Below, one piece after another: positions 1 through 10,173 of a DNA stretch of 64,000 nucleotides. The translations under genes and the position numbers were made by a program. A model generated the notes under the pieces. The model searched no databases and was not told the DNA's origin. It was given only the letters and a program-made list of their open reading frames with translations. The stretch's first letter is position 1, and every line of letters starts with the position of its first letter. This DNA comes from a virus: the UHGV virus genome UHGV-0021788. The stretch is one strand, 5' to 3'.

Positions 1-760
1 AATAAAATGGAAAAAAGATGATATAATTTGTTATGTTGAAAAAGAAAAGGAAAAATTTATAGATTTTATAGAATATAATGGTTTCAATTCTACTATTAAA
101 ATATTATGCGAAAAGCATGGAGAATACAAAATTAGATTCGACCATTTCATAGAAGGTCAAAGATGCCCTATATGTAAAGAATCTAAAGGAGAAAAGAAAA
201 TAAGAGAAAATTTAGAAAAACTTAATATTGAATTTGAACACCAATATACTTTCAAGGACTGTAAATGTTATAAAGAATTGCCATTTGATTTTTATTTACC
301 TCAATATAATATGGTTATAGAATATGACGGAGAACTACATTATCAAATAGTTGATTATTTTGGTGGATTAGATAAATTTATAAATATCAAAATAAGAGAT
401 ACTATTAAAACTGAGTATTGCAAAAATAACAATATTAAACTTATAAGAATACCATATTGGAATTTTAAAAATATTGAAAAAATAATTTGTCAAGAATTTA
501 ATTAAATAAATATGAATAAACTTCAACGACTATTGAAATAATTGTAAGAACCTTATCAGAGGTTCTTTTTGATTGCAATTAAAGTAAAGTACTCTTAAGT
601 AAGAGGAAGTAGAGAATGTCTTATTTAATTAATGTAAGATGAAGTAGAAAATGTCTTATTTAATTAATGTAAGATAATGATATAGTCTCAACGTTTAGCG
701 AAAGCTAAAGAAGTTCATAAGAGAACTGCGTAAGAATAACGAACTTATGTGAAGATATTG
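1..760 (+). mobile_element. Group I intron, class 1, 3' portion only; the 5' end and upstream exon lie before the window. It carries a homing endonuclease ORF.
   Basis: R element cttcaacgacta at about 521-533 and S element gatatagtc at about 679-687. A hairpin sits at 549-570 and a 34-nt tandem duplication at 607-675. The downstream reading frame opens at about 761. The 3' architecture matches the six other copies in the window. Confidence 0.7.
2..505 (+). CDS. Intron-encoded homing endonuclease, 5'-truncated at the window edge. Zn-ribbon repeat N-terminal part plus Vsr-like PD-(D/E)XK (DUF559/EDxHD-type) C-terminal domain.
   Basis: The frame is open from position 2. The C-terminal motif is LPFDFYLP..IEYDGxxH..IKLIRIPYW, and a CPxC motif lies upstream. 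It is paralogous to the ORFs at 3276, 8823, 24878, 50246 and 52385. Confidence 0.7.
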   Translation: MKWKKDDIICYVEKEKEKFIDFIEYNGFNSTIKILCEKHGEYKIRFDHFIEGQRCPICKESKGEKKIRENLEKLNIEFEHQYTFKDCKCYKELPFDFYLPQYNMVIEYDGELHYQIVDYFGGLDKFINIKIRDTIKTEYCKNNNIKLIRIPYWNFKNIEKIICQEFN

Positions 761-1974
761 CTATGGGGGAAGATTGTATACTTAGTATGAATTTTTCCAA
801 AGAAGATGGTGAATATAAAGAATATTTATCTTCTGTTGAAAAATTAAATAAATTATTAAAATGTCAAAGAGAGGAGGGATTAAGTGTGGATGTAAATAAA
901 GAAACTTCTACTGTTGAAAACAAAGAAGAATTTGCTGAAGAAAATAAAGACGAAGAAGTTTGTCCTACTTGTGGAAAAAATCCTTGCGAATGCAAAAAAG
1001 AAAATCATGCAGTTAATGATGATGAAGAAGATAAAGCAGATGACAAAGTAGATGATGATGAAGAAGAAGATAAAGACAAGGATAAAGAAGATGAATCTTG
1101 TAAAAAGAAAAATCATGCAACTGAAGATAAAGCAGATGATGATAAAAAAGACGATAAAGAAGATGATAAATCTGACGATGACAAAGATGAAGAAGAAGAT
1201 GATGATAAATCAGATGAAGAAGACAAAGATAAAGAAGATGAATCTTGTAAAAAGAAAAATCATACAGTAGAAGATGACAAAGCAGACTTTGGACTTTCTT
1301 TAAATAATACATTTAAAGCCATAAGAAAGCAATTAGAATCTTACACTTACGAATATGTGAGCTATTGGGGTGACACTTATACTTGGAGAAAATATTATGT
1401 AGTAGAATTAATCCCTGAAGATTCAGTTGTTGTTATAGAAGATGAAGAAGAAAATGAATTCTATGGAATAACTTATTCTATAAATAATGATGATGTTGCT
1501 TTAGATTTGGATAATAAAGTATTATATATTCAAGAATGGAGAGCCAAAGAAACTAGTTCTGCTAGATTTGAAAATACTGATAAAAAAGAAAAATATACTA
1601 CTAAAGATGAAGTATATCAAGCAGTTGGAAAAGAATTAAAAGAACTTAGACAATTTAAAGCTGATATAGAAGCTCAAGAAGAAAAAGCTCAATTCGATGA
1701 AAAAGTTAATAATATTTTATCACAATTTGAATTCAGTGAAGAAGAAACTTCTGATTTAGTAGAAAAAGTTTATAACAAATCAATTAATTTAGATATGTTT
1801 GAAACTTGCTTATTTGCTTTAGAAGCTAAAAAGAATAGAGCTGAAAAAGAAAAATTTGCTAAAATAGAAAAAGAAAACAGTTTAAATATAGTTGATTCTA
1901 AAAAAGAAGAACAAGCAAAACCAAAATCAAGATTTGATTATCTATTAAAAGAATTTGGAAATAAAAATAAATAA
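761..1974 (+). CDS. Exon 2 of a head-morphogenesis gene (scaffold-like). It has an acidic D/E/K repeat region and a CPTCGKNPCEC motif. Exon 1 lies outside the window.
   Basis: The reading frame opens directly after the intron 3' end. The product is highly acidic and repetitive (DDKxDDKEDD repeats). It lies immediately upstream of the capsid genes. Confidence 0.45.
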
Positions 1975-1994
1975 TAAAAGGAGCATGAAAAAAC

Positions 1995-2519
1995 ATGGAT
2001 GTAAAAAATATAGTTAGATTAGACATAATCGAAGGTAAACCAAGAACATTCGTTTATGATAAAAACTTAGAAAATGGATTTTTCCTAGAAATAGATGGAA
2101 AAGCTGAAAATACTGTATTAGGAGTTCAAGCTGATTATGAAGCTTATAAAGTTAAATTAGCTACTGCTGATACTAAAAGAGCTAATTTATTATTCCATTG
2201 CAGTGTTGCAAACCAATATGATGAAAGAAAATTACCTTGTGAATTTGAATTAGAAGCAGGTAGACCAGGAAGAGGATATCAACCAGTTTTAGGTGACATA
2301 GTTACTATACCAGAAAAATTAGTTGCCGATACTGTAGTTGAAAAAGACGAATTAAAATTAGGAGCAGATGGTAAATTAGCTAAAGCTTCTACTGGTGATA
2401 CTGTATTAGCTGTTGTTGAAGCTAAAGAAGACATAGTAATACCTATGTATAAATATGAATTTGGAAAACAAGGTGTAGACGATGCAGTACAAAAATCATT
2501 AGTAATAAGATTTGTATAA
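1995..2519 (+). CDS. Hypothetical head protein, possibly a decoration or scaffold-associated protein.
   Basis: A 174-aa ORF with an AGGAG RBS, lying between the scaffold-like gene and the MCP. Confidence 0.4.
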   Translation: MDVKNIVRLDIIEGKPRTFVYDKNLENGFFLEIDGKAENTVLGVQADYEAYKVKLATADTKRANLLFHCSVANQYDERKLPCEFELEAGRPGRGYQPVLGDIVTIPEKLVADTVVEKDELKLGADGKLAKASTGDTVLAVVEAKEDIVIPMYKYEFGKQGVDDAVQKSLVIRFV

Positions 2520-2562
2520 AATATAAAATATAAAATAAATAAAATATAAGATAAAAAGGAGA

Positions 2563-3020
2563 ATGAGACGAATGTCAGAATTAAATATAACTGATGTAAG
2601 AGATATGGCTTACAGTCTATATAAAGGTAAAACTGCTAATTTTGATGCTGAATCTGCAAATGAAGCTATCAAAAATATAATACTTAAAACAGCTGGATGT
2701 GAAGATGGTTGGGATATGTATAAATTCATGGATAACAAATACAAAGTATTTGCTATAATGAGAGAAATATTAACACCAGTTGTAGCTGAAAATGTTTTAG
2801 CAAGATTTGAATCTTGGGTAGACATAGAAGACATAGCTTTAGGTGATACTAAAGACTTTGAAATAATGAATCAAGAATTATTTGAAATAGGATATGTAGC
2901 TGATGGTACTTCTGAATTAAGAAGACAAAACTTAACTCATGGTAAAATCACTATGACTGGTTTCCAATTAGGAGCTAAATTATATACTGAATTTGACGAT
3001 TTTAGAAGGGGTAACTTAGT
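2563..3020 (+). CDS. Putative major capsid protein, exon 1.
   Basis: A strong RBS is present. The frame is interrupted by the intron; the apparent stop at 3025-3027 is intron sequence. The frame rejoins exon 2 at 4346. Position in the module and the joined size of about 340 aa fit an MCP. Confidence 0.5.
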
Positions 3021-4345
3021 TTACTAGACAGCCCCCTATGTTTGTAAAAAGCATAGCAAATCCTTTTAATTGCTGGAAACTCCTAAAGCTCAATTCACTA
3101 CAACGTAGAGTTAAAACTCAAGCGTGAATGTTACGAAAGTAGAAAAAAGTAATTGAGATTACCCAAGGTTAAATCCTAAAGGTGAATGAATGGACAATCA
3201 GCAGGGAAGATTTTGATTAACACTTAATTTTTTATAAGTTTATGAGTATAATATAAATAAATGGAGGTGATGAAAATGGCAAGAAAGATTTGGAATGAAA
3301 TTACAATAAAAGAATTTATAGAAAATGAAACAAATTATAAATTCATATCAATAGTTAAATTAAACGGAATGAAATCAATGGTATTAGTATGGTGTGGTAA
3401 TCCTAATCATAAGCCTTATAAAGTTCGATTTGATGCATTTAAAGGTACTTCTAAAAAAGAAGGAACGAGATGTGAACAATGTAGAAGAGAAAAAGATACC
3501 ATTTGGACTAAAGATGAAATTATAAAATATGTAGAATCTCAAGATTATAAATTTATAAGATTTGTAAAATTTAATAAATATGCAAGTACAATAGAAATTC
3601 AATGTAATAAAGGACACGAATCATATGAAACATACTTTAGTAATTTCTATAATAATAGAAGATGTTTTCAATGTCATATAATATGGTCTAAAAAAGATAT
3701 TATTAATTTTGTAGAATCTCAAGATTATAAATTTATAAGATTTATAACATATGAAAAAAATAATAGTTTAATAGAGATAAAGTGTCCTAAAGGACATATG
3801 AATCAAGTTAGATTTAGAAAATTTAAAGAAGGAACTAGATGCCCAAAATGTAATAAATCTAAAGGTGAGGAAAGAGTAAAAGATATATTAAAAGAAATGT
3901 GTATAGATTTTAAATCACAATACAAATTCAAAGATTGTAAATGTAAAAAAGAGTTGCCATTTGATTTTTACATACCTTCATTAAATATTGCAATAGAATA
4001 TGATGGAATACAACATTTTGAAATATTACCACATTGGGGTGGCATTGATAAACTTATAGAAACTAAAATACATGATGAAATAAAAACACAATATTGTAAA
4101 AGAAAAAGAATAAAACTTATTAGAATTCCTTATTGGGAATTTAAAAATATAGAAAATATACTTATAAAAGAATTAGTGTTAAATTAGAATAACCTTCAAC
4201 GACTAGAGCATAAGCTCGTACACTCAAGTGAGTGGAAATGGAGGATGCCTAGAAATAGGTAGTGATATAGTCTTGTCTCATGTGAAAGCATGAGTAGTTC
4301 ATAAGAGAACGGATTAGGAGTAACGACCCTAGTTGAAAATAAACG
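3021..4345 (+). mobile_element. Group I intron, class 1, with HEG, inserted in the putative MCP gene.
   Basis: P2 hairpin ctatg...catag at 3036-3056, P at 3067-3078, Q (aatcagcagg) at about 3192-3203, R (cttcaacgacta) at 4194-4205, S (gatatagtct) at 4264-4273. The 3' end ...tgaaaataaacG lies at 4345. The exon phases match (2 nt + 1 nt). Confidence 0.8.
3276..4187 (+). CDS. Intron-encoded homing endonuclease with Zn-ribbon repeats and a Vsr-like/DUF559 (EDxHD-type) domain.
   Basis: Repeated CxxC-containing modules (RCEQC, CFQC, CPKC) are followed by LPFDFYIP..IEYDGIQH..IKLIRIPYWEF. The likely start is the ATG at 3276, after GGAGGTG. Confidence 0.75.
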   Translation: MARKIWNEITIKEFIENETNYKFISIVKLNGMKSMVLVWCGNPNHKPYKVRFDAFKGTSKKEGTRCEQCRREKDTIWTKDEIIKYVESQDYKFIRFVKFNKYASTIEIQCNKGHESYETYFSNFYNNRRCFQCHIIWSKKDIINFVESQDYKFIRFITYEKNNSLIEIKCPKGHMNQVRFRKFKEGTRCPKCNKSKGEERVKDILKEMCIDFKSQYKFKDCKCKKELPFDFYIPSLNIAIEYDGIQHFEILPHWGGIDKLIETKIHDEIKTQYCKRKRIKLIRIPYWEFKNIENILIKELVLN

Positions 4346-4913
4346 CAGAACTGATTTTGCTGAATGGATAAGTAGATTAGGAAAATCTTTTGAAGTTAAA
4401 ATAGGTGAATATATAGTTAGAGGTATAGAAGATGCTTACACTAGCTTAGGTGCTAAATTTGGTGTAACTGGTGCATACCAAGATGAAAAAATGGTTGAAT
4501 TAATAGAAAGAGTTGAAGCCAAAACTGGACAAAAAGCTACTATATACGGAACTAAATCTGCTTTAGCTAAATTAAGAACTGGTGCAGATGGAGCATTCCA
4601 AGCTTACTTATCAGATAGTGACAAAGAAAACATAAGTAAAACTGGTAGAGTTGGAGATTACTATGGAACTCCTGTTGTTGAAATACCTCAATCAGTTAAC
4701 AGAAAAGACGAATTTATGTTAAATAATAAAATGCTTTATGTAATACCTAATGGAACTAAAATAATAAAATTATTATTTGAAGGCGATGTAGATGTTATAG
4801 AAGTATCTGACCCAGCAGTAAGAAAAGATATGCAATTTGAATATATGTTCATGAGAAGAATACAATTAGGTGTTTGTAAAGCTTCTGTTTATGGAATATA
4901 CAAAATGAACTAA
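4346..4913 (+). CDS. Putative major capsid protein, exon 2.
   Basis: The frame opens at 4305. It joins exon 1 to read ...RRGNLV/RTDFAEWISRLG... Confidence 0.5.
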
Positions 4914-4930
4914 TTTATAAATAGTAAAAA

Positions 4931-4960
4931 AGGGAGGATATAATTCTCCCTCGTATAATT
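4931..4960 (+). terminator. Putative rho-independent terminator after the capsid gene.
   Basis: agggag-gatataatt-ctccct stem-loop followed by a T-rich tract. Confidence 0.4.
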
Positions 4961-4978
4961 ATTTAAAGGAGAGATAAT

Positions 4979-5569
4979 ATGCGTGAAAGAAAAAAAGATA
5001 GATTAGATAAAAAAACAATCAGTGAAATGAAAAGAGATTTAAAGGATGCAGATATAACAATTAAAAATAATTCTATATTTGAAGTTGTTCTTAGAAGTGA
5101 TAAAAATGGTGGAAGCTATATATCTTTAAAACCAACCGAAGAAGAAGATATAACTTTTAGTGATTTACAAAGTATAGTAAAAAAACAAAAGAGTTTATTT
5201 GAAGATTTTTCAGTTTTAATAGAAGATGTATATTGTCCAGATAATGATAATATTGGTATAGAAGAATTAGAACAAATAGTAGGATTAGGAAGAATTAAAA
5301 AAGGCATGGAAGAAATCCCTGATGAAGAGTATTTTGATGATTTACTTTCAGCAGACTGTAGTACAGATGAGTTTTTCTATGAAGTGGATAAAATGAAGAT
5401 TCAAGTAATTAATAGATTAATTGAAAGAGCTATTTATTTATATAAAGAAAAAGAATTTTCTAATAACTTTAAAATGTCTTATTTAGAGAAAAAACTTGGT
5501 GTACAAAATGTTTTTGATGATGTGGATAGAAGTATGAAGAAGATACAATCAGATGTAGATAGATTATAA
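4979..5569 (+). CDS. Hypothetical head-tail connector or head-completion protein.
   Basis: A 196-aa ORF with an RBS, lying between the MCP and the tail genes. Confidence 0.35.
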   Translation: MRERKKDRLDKKTISEMKRDLKDADITIKNNSIFEVVLRSDKNGGSYISLKPTEEEDITFSDLQSIVKKQKSLFEDFSVLIEDVYCPDNDNIGIEELEQIVGLGRIKKGMEEIPDEEYFDDLLSADCSTDEFFYEVDKMKIQVINRLIERAIYLYKEKEFSNNFKMSYLEKKLGVQNVFDDVDRSMKKIQSDVDRL

Positions 5570-5585
5570 GAAGGAGGTGTTCATA

Positions 5586-6044
5586 ATGACACCTGTTTCA
5601 AACATATATGCAAGAATATCAGTTCTTATTGAGGATTCGAGATATTGCAAAATATCTGATGAAGAAATTGAGTTTATATTTGAAAAATATATAGAAACTG
5701 CAATTGTTCTTTTTAAAGAATTAAATAAAAAATATAAACCTAGAGTAGTAGAAGATGAATTTGGCGAAAAATTTATTAAGAAAACTATAAATTCTGATGA
5801 TGAAGATTTAGATTTAGAAGAAGAAGTTATATTAGCTCATGGTATGATAATATCATGGCACAATAGTGTAGTTCTTAGAGATAGATTCTTAAAACAAAAT
5901 CTTAATACAAGCGATTTCCAACAATTATCTAATGCTACAATGTTAGCTAATAATGAAGTCTTACATGAAAGAATTCAAAAAGATTTCATTAAAATGAGGA
6001 TAAGATACAGAAATAGAGATTGGTCAGGTGATGGATTTGAATAA
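5586..6044 (+). CDS. Hypothetical head-tail joining protein.
   Basis: AAGGAGGTG RBS; the probable ATG at 5586 is preferred to the track's GTG at 5577. Confidence 0.35.
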   Translation: MTPVSNIYARISVLIEDSRYCKISDEEIEFIFEKYIETAIVLFKELNKKYKPRVVEDEFGEKFIKKTINSDDEDLDLEEEVILAHGMIISWHNSVVLRDRFLKQNLNTSDFQQLSNATMLANNEVLHERIQKDFIKMRIRYRNRDWSGDGFE

Positions 6045-7008
6045 TAAAGATTATCTTCAAATATTTAGAAGAAGAATGTATACTAATAGAGTTTGTAATC
6101 CATCAGAAGCAGGAACACTGGAAGCTAGAGAAACCTTCGATGATTTAATAGATAATAAACTTGCACCAACTGTACATACAGTTCCTTATGTAAAAAGAGA
6201 TAATGTTGGAAAAAGTACTAAAGATTGTGAGATTAATGTTTTGGTTGAAGATACTTCTAAGAATGACCAAAAAACAAATGATGAAAAATACTTTAGTTTT
6301 AAATGGGAAATGGATGTTAATAGTGGAGATATATTATTTTGGCATGGATTATGGTGGGTAATGTATCATGAAGAAAAGAGAGCAGTATTATCACATAAAA
6401 CTTTTACAGCTAAAAAATGTAATTTTTCATATGATTTTGATTTTCATGGAAAAAGATATATCGTACCAATGTTAGTAACAAACTTAACATTATATAGCGA
6501 TGGTTTAAAAGACAAAGTTTATATGTCTAATGAAGATGGTAAGAGAAGATTAACTTTTACAGATAATGAATTAACAAAACCACTTGATTGTGGTCTTAAA
6601 ATAATGGTTAGTGGTAAAGTCTTTGAAATTACTCATATAGATGATTTCAGTAGACCAGGTGTAAAAGATTGTATTATCGGACAAATTTTTTCAACATCAC
6701 TGGATGATAAAAAGAATAATCATGCTTATAATAAAGTAAATGATATAATTGATGAAAGTGGAATTATAGGTCTTGATTATATATATTTAGGTGGTAATGA
6801 AGTTTATACAACAAATGAAGAAGTTATCAGATGGGAAATAGAAGCAAAAGATAACTGTGTTTACATAGATACTAAATATAGTGGCAAAGGTTGTAGGATA
6901 ATTTGTACGGATGATATTGATTATATAGGCACTAAGGTTAAATTAAAAATAATAAGAAGAAATCAAGAAGATATAATTAAAGAAATTTTAGTGAAGGGGA
7001 TGTTTTAG
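6028..7008 (+). CDS. Hypothetical structural protein (326 aa).
   Basis: It overlaps the upstream gene by 17 nt, indicating translational coupling. Confidence 0.35.
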   Translation: MMDLNNKDYLQIFRRRMYTNRVCNPSEAGTLEARETFDDLIDNKLAPTVHTVPYVKRDNVGKSTKDCEINVLVEDTSKNDQKTNDEKYFSFKWEMDVNSGDILFWHGLWWVMYHEEKRAVLSHKTFTAKKCNFSYDFDFHGKRYIVPMLVTNLTLYSDGLKDKVYMSNEDGKRRLTFTDNELTKPLDCGLKIMVSGKVFEITHIDDFSRPGVKDCIIGQIFSTSLDDKKNNHAYNKVNDIIDESGIIGLDYIYLGGNEVYTTNEEVIRWEIEAKDNCVYIDTKYSGKGCRIICTDDIDYIGTKVKLKIIRRNQEDIIKEILVKGMF

Positions 7009-7011
7009 AAT

Positions 7012-7512
7012 ATGGCATTATATGGTTATACGAATAAAGTGTTAGCTGAGATTTATGCACATTTAATGAAACACCCAGAGCTAACAAAATTCTTATATTA
7101 TACTGATAATGAATATAAAGAAAAAGATATACTAGAACAAGAAAAACCAACAATTAGTGATATAGCAAATAAAAAAATATTTATGTATAAAAGAGTAGAA
7201 GAAACAGTTAAAGATGCTGGTGCTTATATGTTTATAGATGTATATAGAATTACTCCTACAAAAATTGGGGGTAAGATTAGAGAAGTAACTTTTACAGTAG
7301 ATATATTAGTTCATCAAGATTGTGTTGATACAATGAATGGTAATAGAGCAATTTGTATATTATGTGCCCTAGAAGAATCATTAGGTGAGTATGTAAAAAA
7401 ACATTCCATTGGTTCTATTGATTTAATTAGGGTTGCACCTATATTAGGTATAATTAAAGAATTTATTGGATATCAAATGCAATTTAAAGCATATGGATTC
7501 AATGGAGATTAA
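7012..7512 (+). CDS. Hypothetical head-tail or tail-completion protein.
   Basis: Tightly packed, 166 aa. Confidence 0.35.
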   Translation: MALYGYTNKVLAEIYAHLMKHPELTKFLYYTDNEYKEKDILEQEKPTISDIANKKIFMYKRVEETVKDAGAYMFIDVYRITPTKIGGKIREVTFTVDILVHQDCVDTMNGNRAICILCALEESLGEYVKKHSIGSIDLIRVAPILGIIKEFIGYQMQFKAYGFNGD

Positions 7513-7515
7513 TAT

Positions 7516-8340
7516 ATGAAAAAGGTAAAAGAAGAAAAATTATATTTTGGTATACCTATAAAGTTTAACAATGAAGTTACTTTATATCAACCAACTTTAA
7601 AAGATATAATTTATAGTGATTTATCTTTTGAGGCTCTAGTAGAACCATTTATGTCTTTAGATAAAAGAAATTTTGAATCAGAAGAAGAAAATAGTGAATT
7701 AAATAATTTTGATATGTTTTTTATTCAAATATTTACTTCTTATCTATCTGTACTTAAAAATGGTGAAAATATCACTTTACAAGAATGGTTAGATTCAGAA
7801 ATCTCTAAAGGCTTAGTAATTAATAGGCTTGTAAAAGTTATTAAATTTTTGTTCAAGACTGATGATGTTCAAGTTTCAATATGTGAAAATATCATTGATA
7901 AATTGGATGATAATTATATTTTAATCAATAAGTCTTATAAAATAAATAGAAACAACTATGAGGACTTTAAATGGATAATCTGTGATATCTTTGATACAGA
8001 TATGAAAGTAGAAAAAAAACGTCCTCAAACTGAAGAAGAAGATGAACTTGCTAAAAGATTCGCTAAGAAGAAAGCAAGTTATGAGAAACAATATGGTAGA
8101 GAAGCTAGAGAAGGTAGAAATAAAGACCATTTAACAATTTATACTCTAGTTAACTACATAGTAAATAATAAAAATTCTCAATACACTTATGAAAGTATAC
8201 AAGATTTAACAATATATCAAATTAAAAATACTTTCAAATATTATCAAAATCAAGAAAGTTATGATATAGATATCAGATATAGAACTAGTGGTAATTTTAA
8301 AATAGATAAAAAAAGTGAACATTGGTTCTTTGATAAATAA
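7516..8340 (+). CDS. Hypothetical structural protein (274 aa).
   Basis: Tightly packed, immediately upstream of the major tail gene. Confidence 0.35.
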   Translation: MKKVKEEKLYFGIPIKFNNEVTLYQPTLKDIIYSDLSFEALVEPFMSLDKRNFESEEENSELNNFDMFFIQIFTSYLSVLKNGENITLQEWLDSEISKGLVINRLVKVIKFLFKTDDVQVSICENIIDKLDDNYILINKSYKINRNNYEDFKWIICDIFDTDMKVEKKRPQTEEEDELAKRFAKKKASYEKQYGREAREGRNKDHLTIYTLVNYIVNNKNSQYTYESIQDLTIYQIKNTFKYYQNQESYDIDIRYRTSGNFKIDKKSEHWFFDK

Positions 8341-8373
8341 AATATAAAATAATAAAAAGAAAGGTGATTATAA

Positions 8374-8560
8374 ATGGCTACACTTTTTGCTATAAAAGAT
8401 GCTATAGATTTAAAAATAACTAAAAAAGGTGAACAAACAGTTTTCACTACAATAGACTATTTAAATGATTGTCAAATAGAAATGGACTCAGAACAAGTAT
8501 ATGCACTTAAAAAAGGAGATAACTACATATCATTCTCAAGTGGTAGAACAGGAATAACTT
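8374..8560 (+). CDS. Putative major tail (tube) protein, exon 1.
   Basis: AAAGGTG RBS. The frame is interrupted by the intron and resumes at 9700. Confidence 0.5.
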
Positions 8561-8771
8561 ATTAATAATAAAACGTTCCCTATGTTTGTAAAAAGCATAG
8601 CAAATCCTTTTAATTGCTGGAAACTCCTAAAGCTCAATTCACTAAAACATAATCTGAAAATGATAAGTGTGAATGTTACGAAAGTAGAAAAAAGTAATTG
8701 AGATTACCCAAGGTTAAATCCTAAAGGTGAATGAATGGACAATCAGCAGGTAAGATTTATATTTATTTTAC

Positions 8772-8800
8772 TTTACTTTTAATAATTAAATTTGTATAAT
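8772..8800 (+). promoter_or_regulatory. Intron-internal sigma-A-like promoter for the HEG: TTTACT-17-TATAAT.
   Basis: tttact, a 17-nt spacer, then tataat, followed by a GGAGGTG RBS and the ATG at 8823. The same cassette precedes the other HEGs. Confidence 0.5.
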
Positions 8801-8822
8801 ATAAGTAAATGGAGGTGGCAAA

Positions 8823-9536
8823 ATGGGAGTTATTAAATATGATTATGATTTCGTTAAAAAATATATCGAAAGTTTTAATTATAAATTATTAAGTGATTAT
8901 ATTGGTATACATGATAAAATAACATTAAAATGTCCTAAAAACCATATTTATAAAACTTCATTTAATAGTTTTTATAGTAACAACTGTAGATGTGGAAAAT
9001 GTAAAAATTTAGAAACAGCAAATAAGAGAAAATATTCAATTGAATACGTTAAAGAATATTTAAATTTATTTGGATATAAATTATTAACAGAAAACTATAT
9101 TAACAATAAACAAAAATTAAAAATAGAATGTGAAAAGGGACACATTTTCTATATGAGTTTTAGTAAATTTAAAAATGCAAAACAAAGATGTCCAGTGTGC
9201 AAAATGTCAAGTGGCGAACAAGAAATTTATAGAATATTACATAAATATTTTGATGACATTGAAATACAATATAAATTTAATGACTGTAAAGATAAAAAAA
9301 GACTTCCATTTGATTTTTATTTACCTCAATATAATTGTTGTATAGAATTTGATGGTATTCAACATTTTGAATATCAGCCACATTTTGGAACTTATTCTAA
9401 ATTTTTAAAACAGCAAAAAAGAGATGAAATAAAAACAGAATATTGTAAAAAAAATAATATAAAATTAATAAGAATAGCTTATTATGAATTTGATAAAATA
9501 GATGAAATTATAAAAAATGAATTAAAAGTAAAATAA
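8823..9536 (+). CDS. Intron-encoded homing endonuclease with a Zn ribbon and a Vsr-like/DUF559 (EDxHD-type) domain.
   Basis: CPKNH, CGKC and CPVC motifs are followed by LPFDFYLPQYNCCIEFDGIQH...IKLIRIAYYEF. Confidence 0.75.
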   Translation: MGVIKYDYDFVKKYIESFNYKLLSDYIGIHDKITLKCPKNHIYKTSFNSFYSNNCRCGKCKNLETANKRKYSIEYVKEYLNLFGYKLLTENYINNKQKLKIECEKGHIFYMSFSKFKNAKQRCPVCKMSSGEQEIYRILHKYFDDIEIQYKFNDCKDKKRLPFDFYLPQYNCCIEFDGIQHFEYQPHFGTYSKFLKQQKRDEIKTEYCKKNNIKLIRIAYYEFDKIDEIIKNELKVK

Positions 9537-9699
9537 TAAATATGAATAAACTTCAACGACTATCCCTAAATGGGAGTACACTCAAGTGGGTGGAAATGGA
9601 GGATACCTAGAAATAGGTAGTGATATAGTCTACTCTTACATGAAAATGTAAGCAGTCGAAAGACGGTATGAGATTAACGACCTCATGCGAATGTTAAGG

Positions 9700-10070
9700 C
9701 ATTGACAATGAATTGTCAAGTAATGGACGATGACTTCTTATGTATGATGCTTGGTGCTACTAAAAGTTCAGATGGTAAAATATCTGTAACATCTTCAGTT
9801 CCAAACCAAAGTTATACAGCAGAAGGTACTTTTAGAACTACTTCATTAGCTGGAGACCAATACAAAAAAATAAAATTCTACAACTTAAAAGCACAAGTTT
9901 CAGCTGACTTAACTTTATCTGCTTCTGATGTTTCTGAATTCTCATTAAAATTAGATATAATGGCAGATGATACTGGTAAAATATTAGATATAGAAAACAC
10001 TACTGGTGGTATATCTGCTGGATTTAATGAACCAGAAGTTGTTTCTATAAAAACTAAAGCTGATAAATAA
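9700..10070 (+). CDS. Putative major tail protein, exon 2.
   Basis: The frame opens at 9678. The joined product of about 186 aa is typical of siphovirus tail tube proteins. A strong terminator follows. Confidence 0.5.
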
Positions 10071-10091
10071 TTAAATATATACTTGATAAAT

Positions 10092-10127
10092 GGTGAGAGA
10101 TAACTACTATCTCTTACCATTTTTTTT
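10092..10127 (+). terminator. Rho-independent terminator after the major tail gene.
   Basis: ggtgagagata-actact-tatctcttacc stem followed by a T8 tract. Confidence 0.6.
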
Positions 10128-10173
10128 ATGCCCTAATAGTCTTATTTTAGATATGTAAAATAAAAAGAAGGAG

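Larger units (their letters stand above)
8561..9699 (+). mobile_element. Group I intron, class 1, with HEG, inserted in the major tail gene.
   Basis: P2 ctatg..catag, P at 8612-8623, Q at 8741-8750, R at 9551-9562, S at 9627-9636. The 5' part, about 180 nt, is near-identical to the intron at 3021-3220. Confidence 0.8.

Noticed and set aside
278-505. The 75-aa ORF at 278-505 as an independent gene.
   Set aside because: The frame is open back to position 2 and encodes the C-terminal Vsr-like domain of a truncated homing endonuclease. The ATG at 278 is internal.
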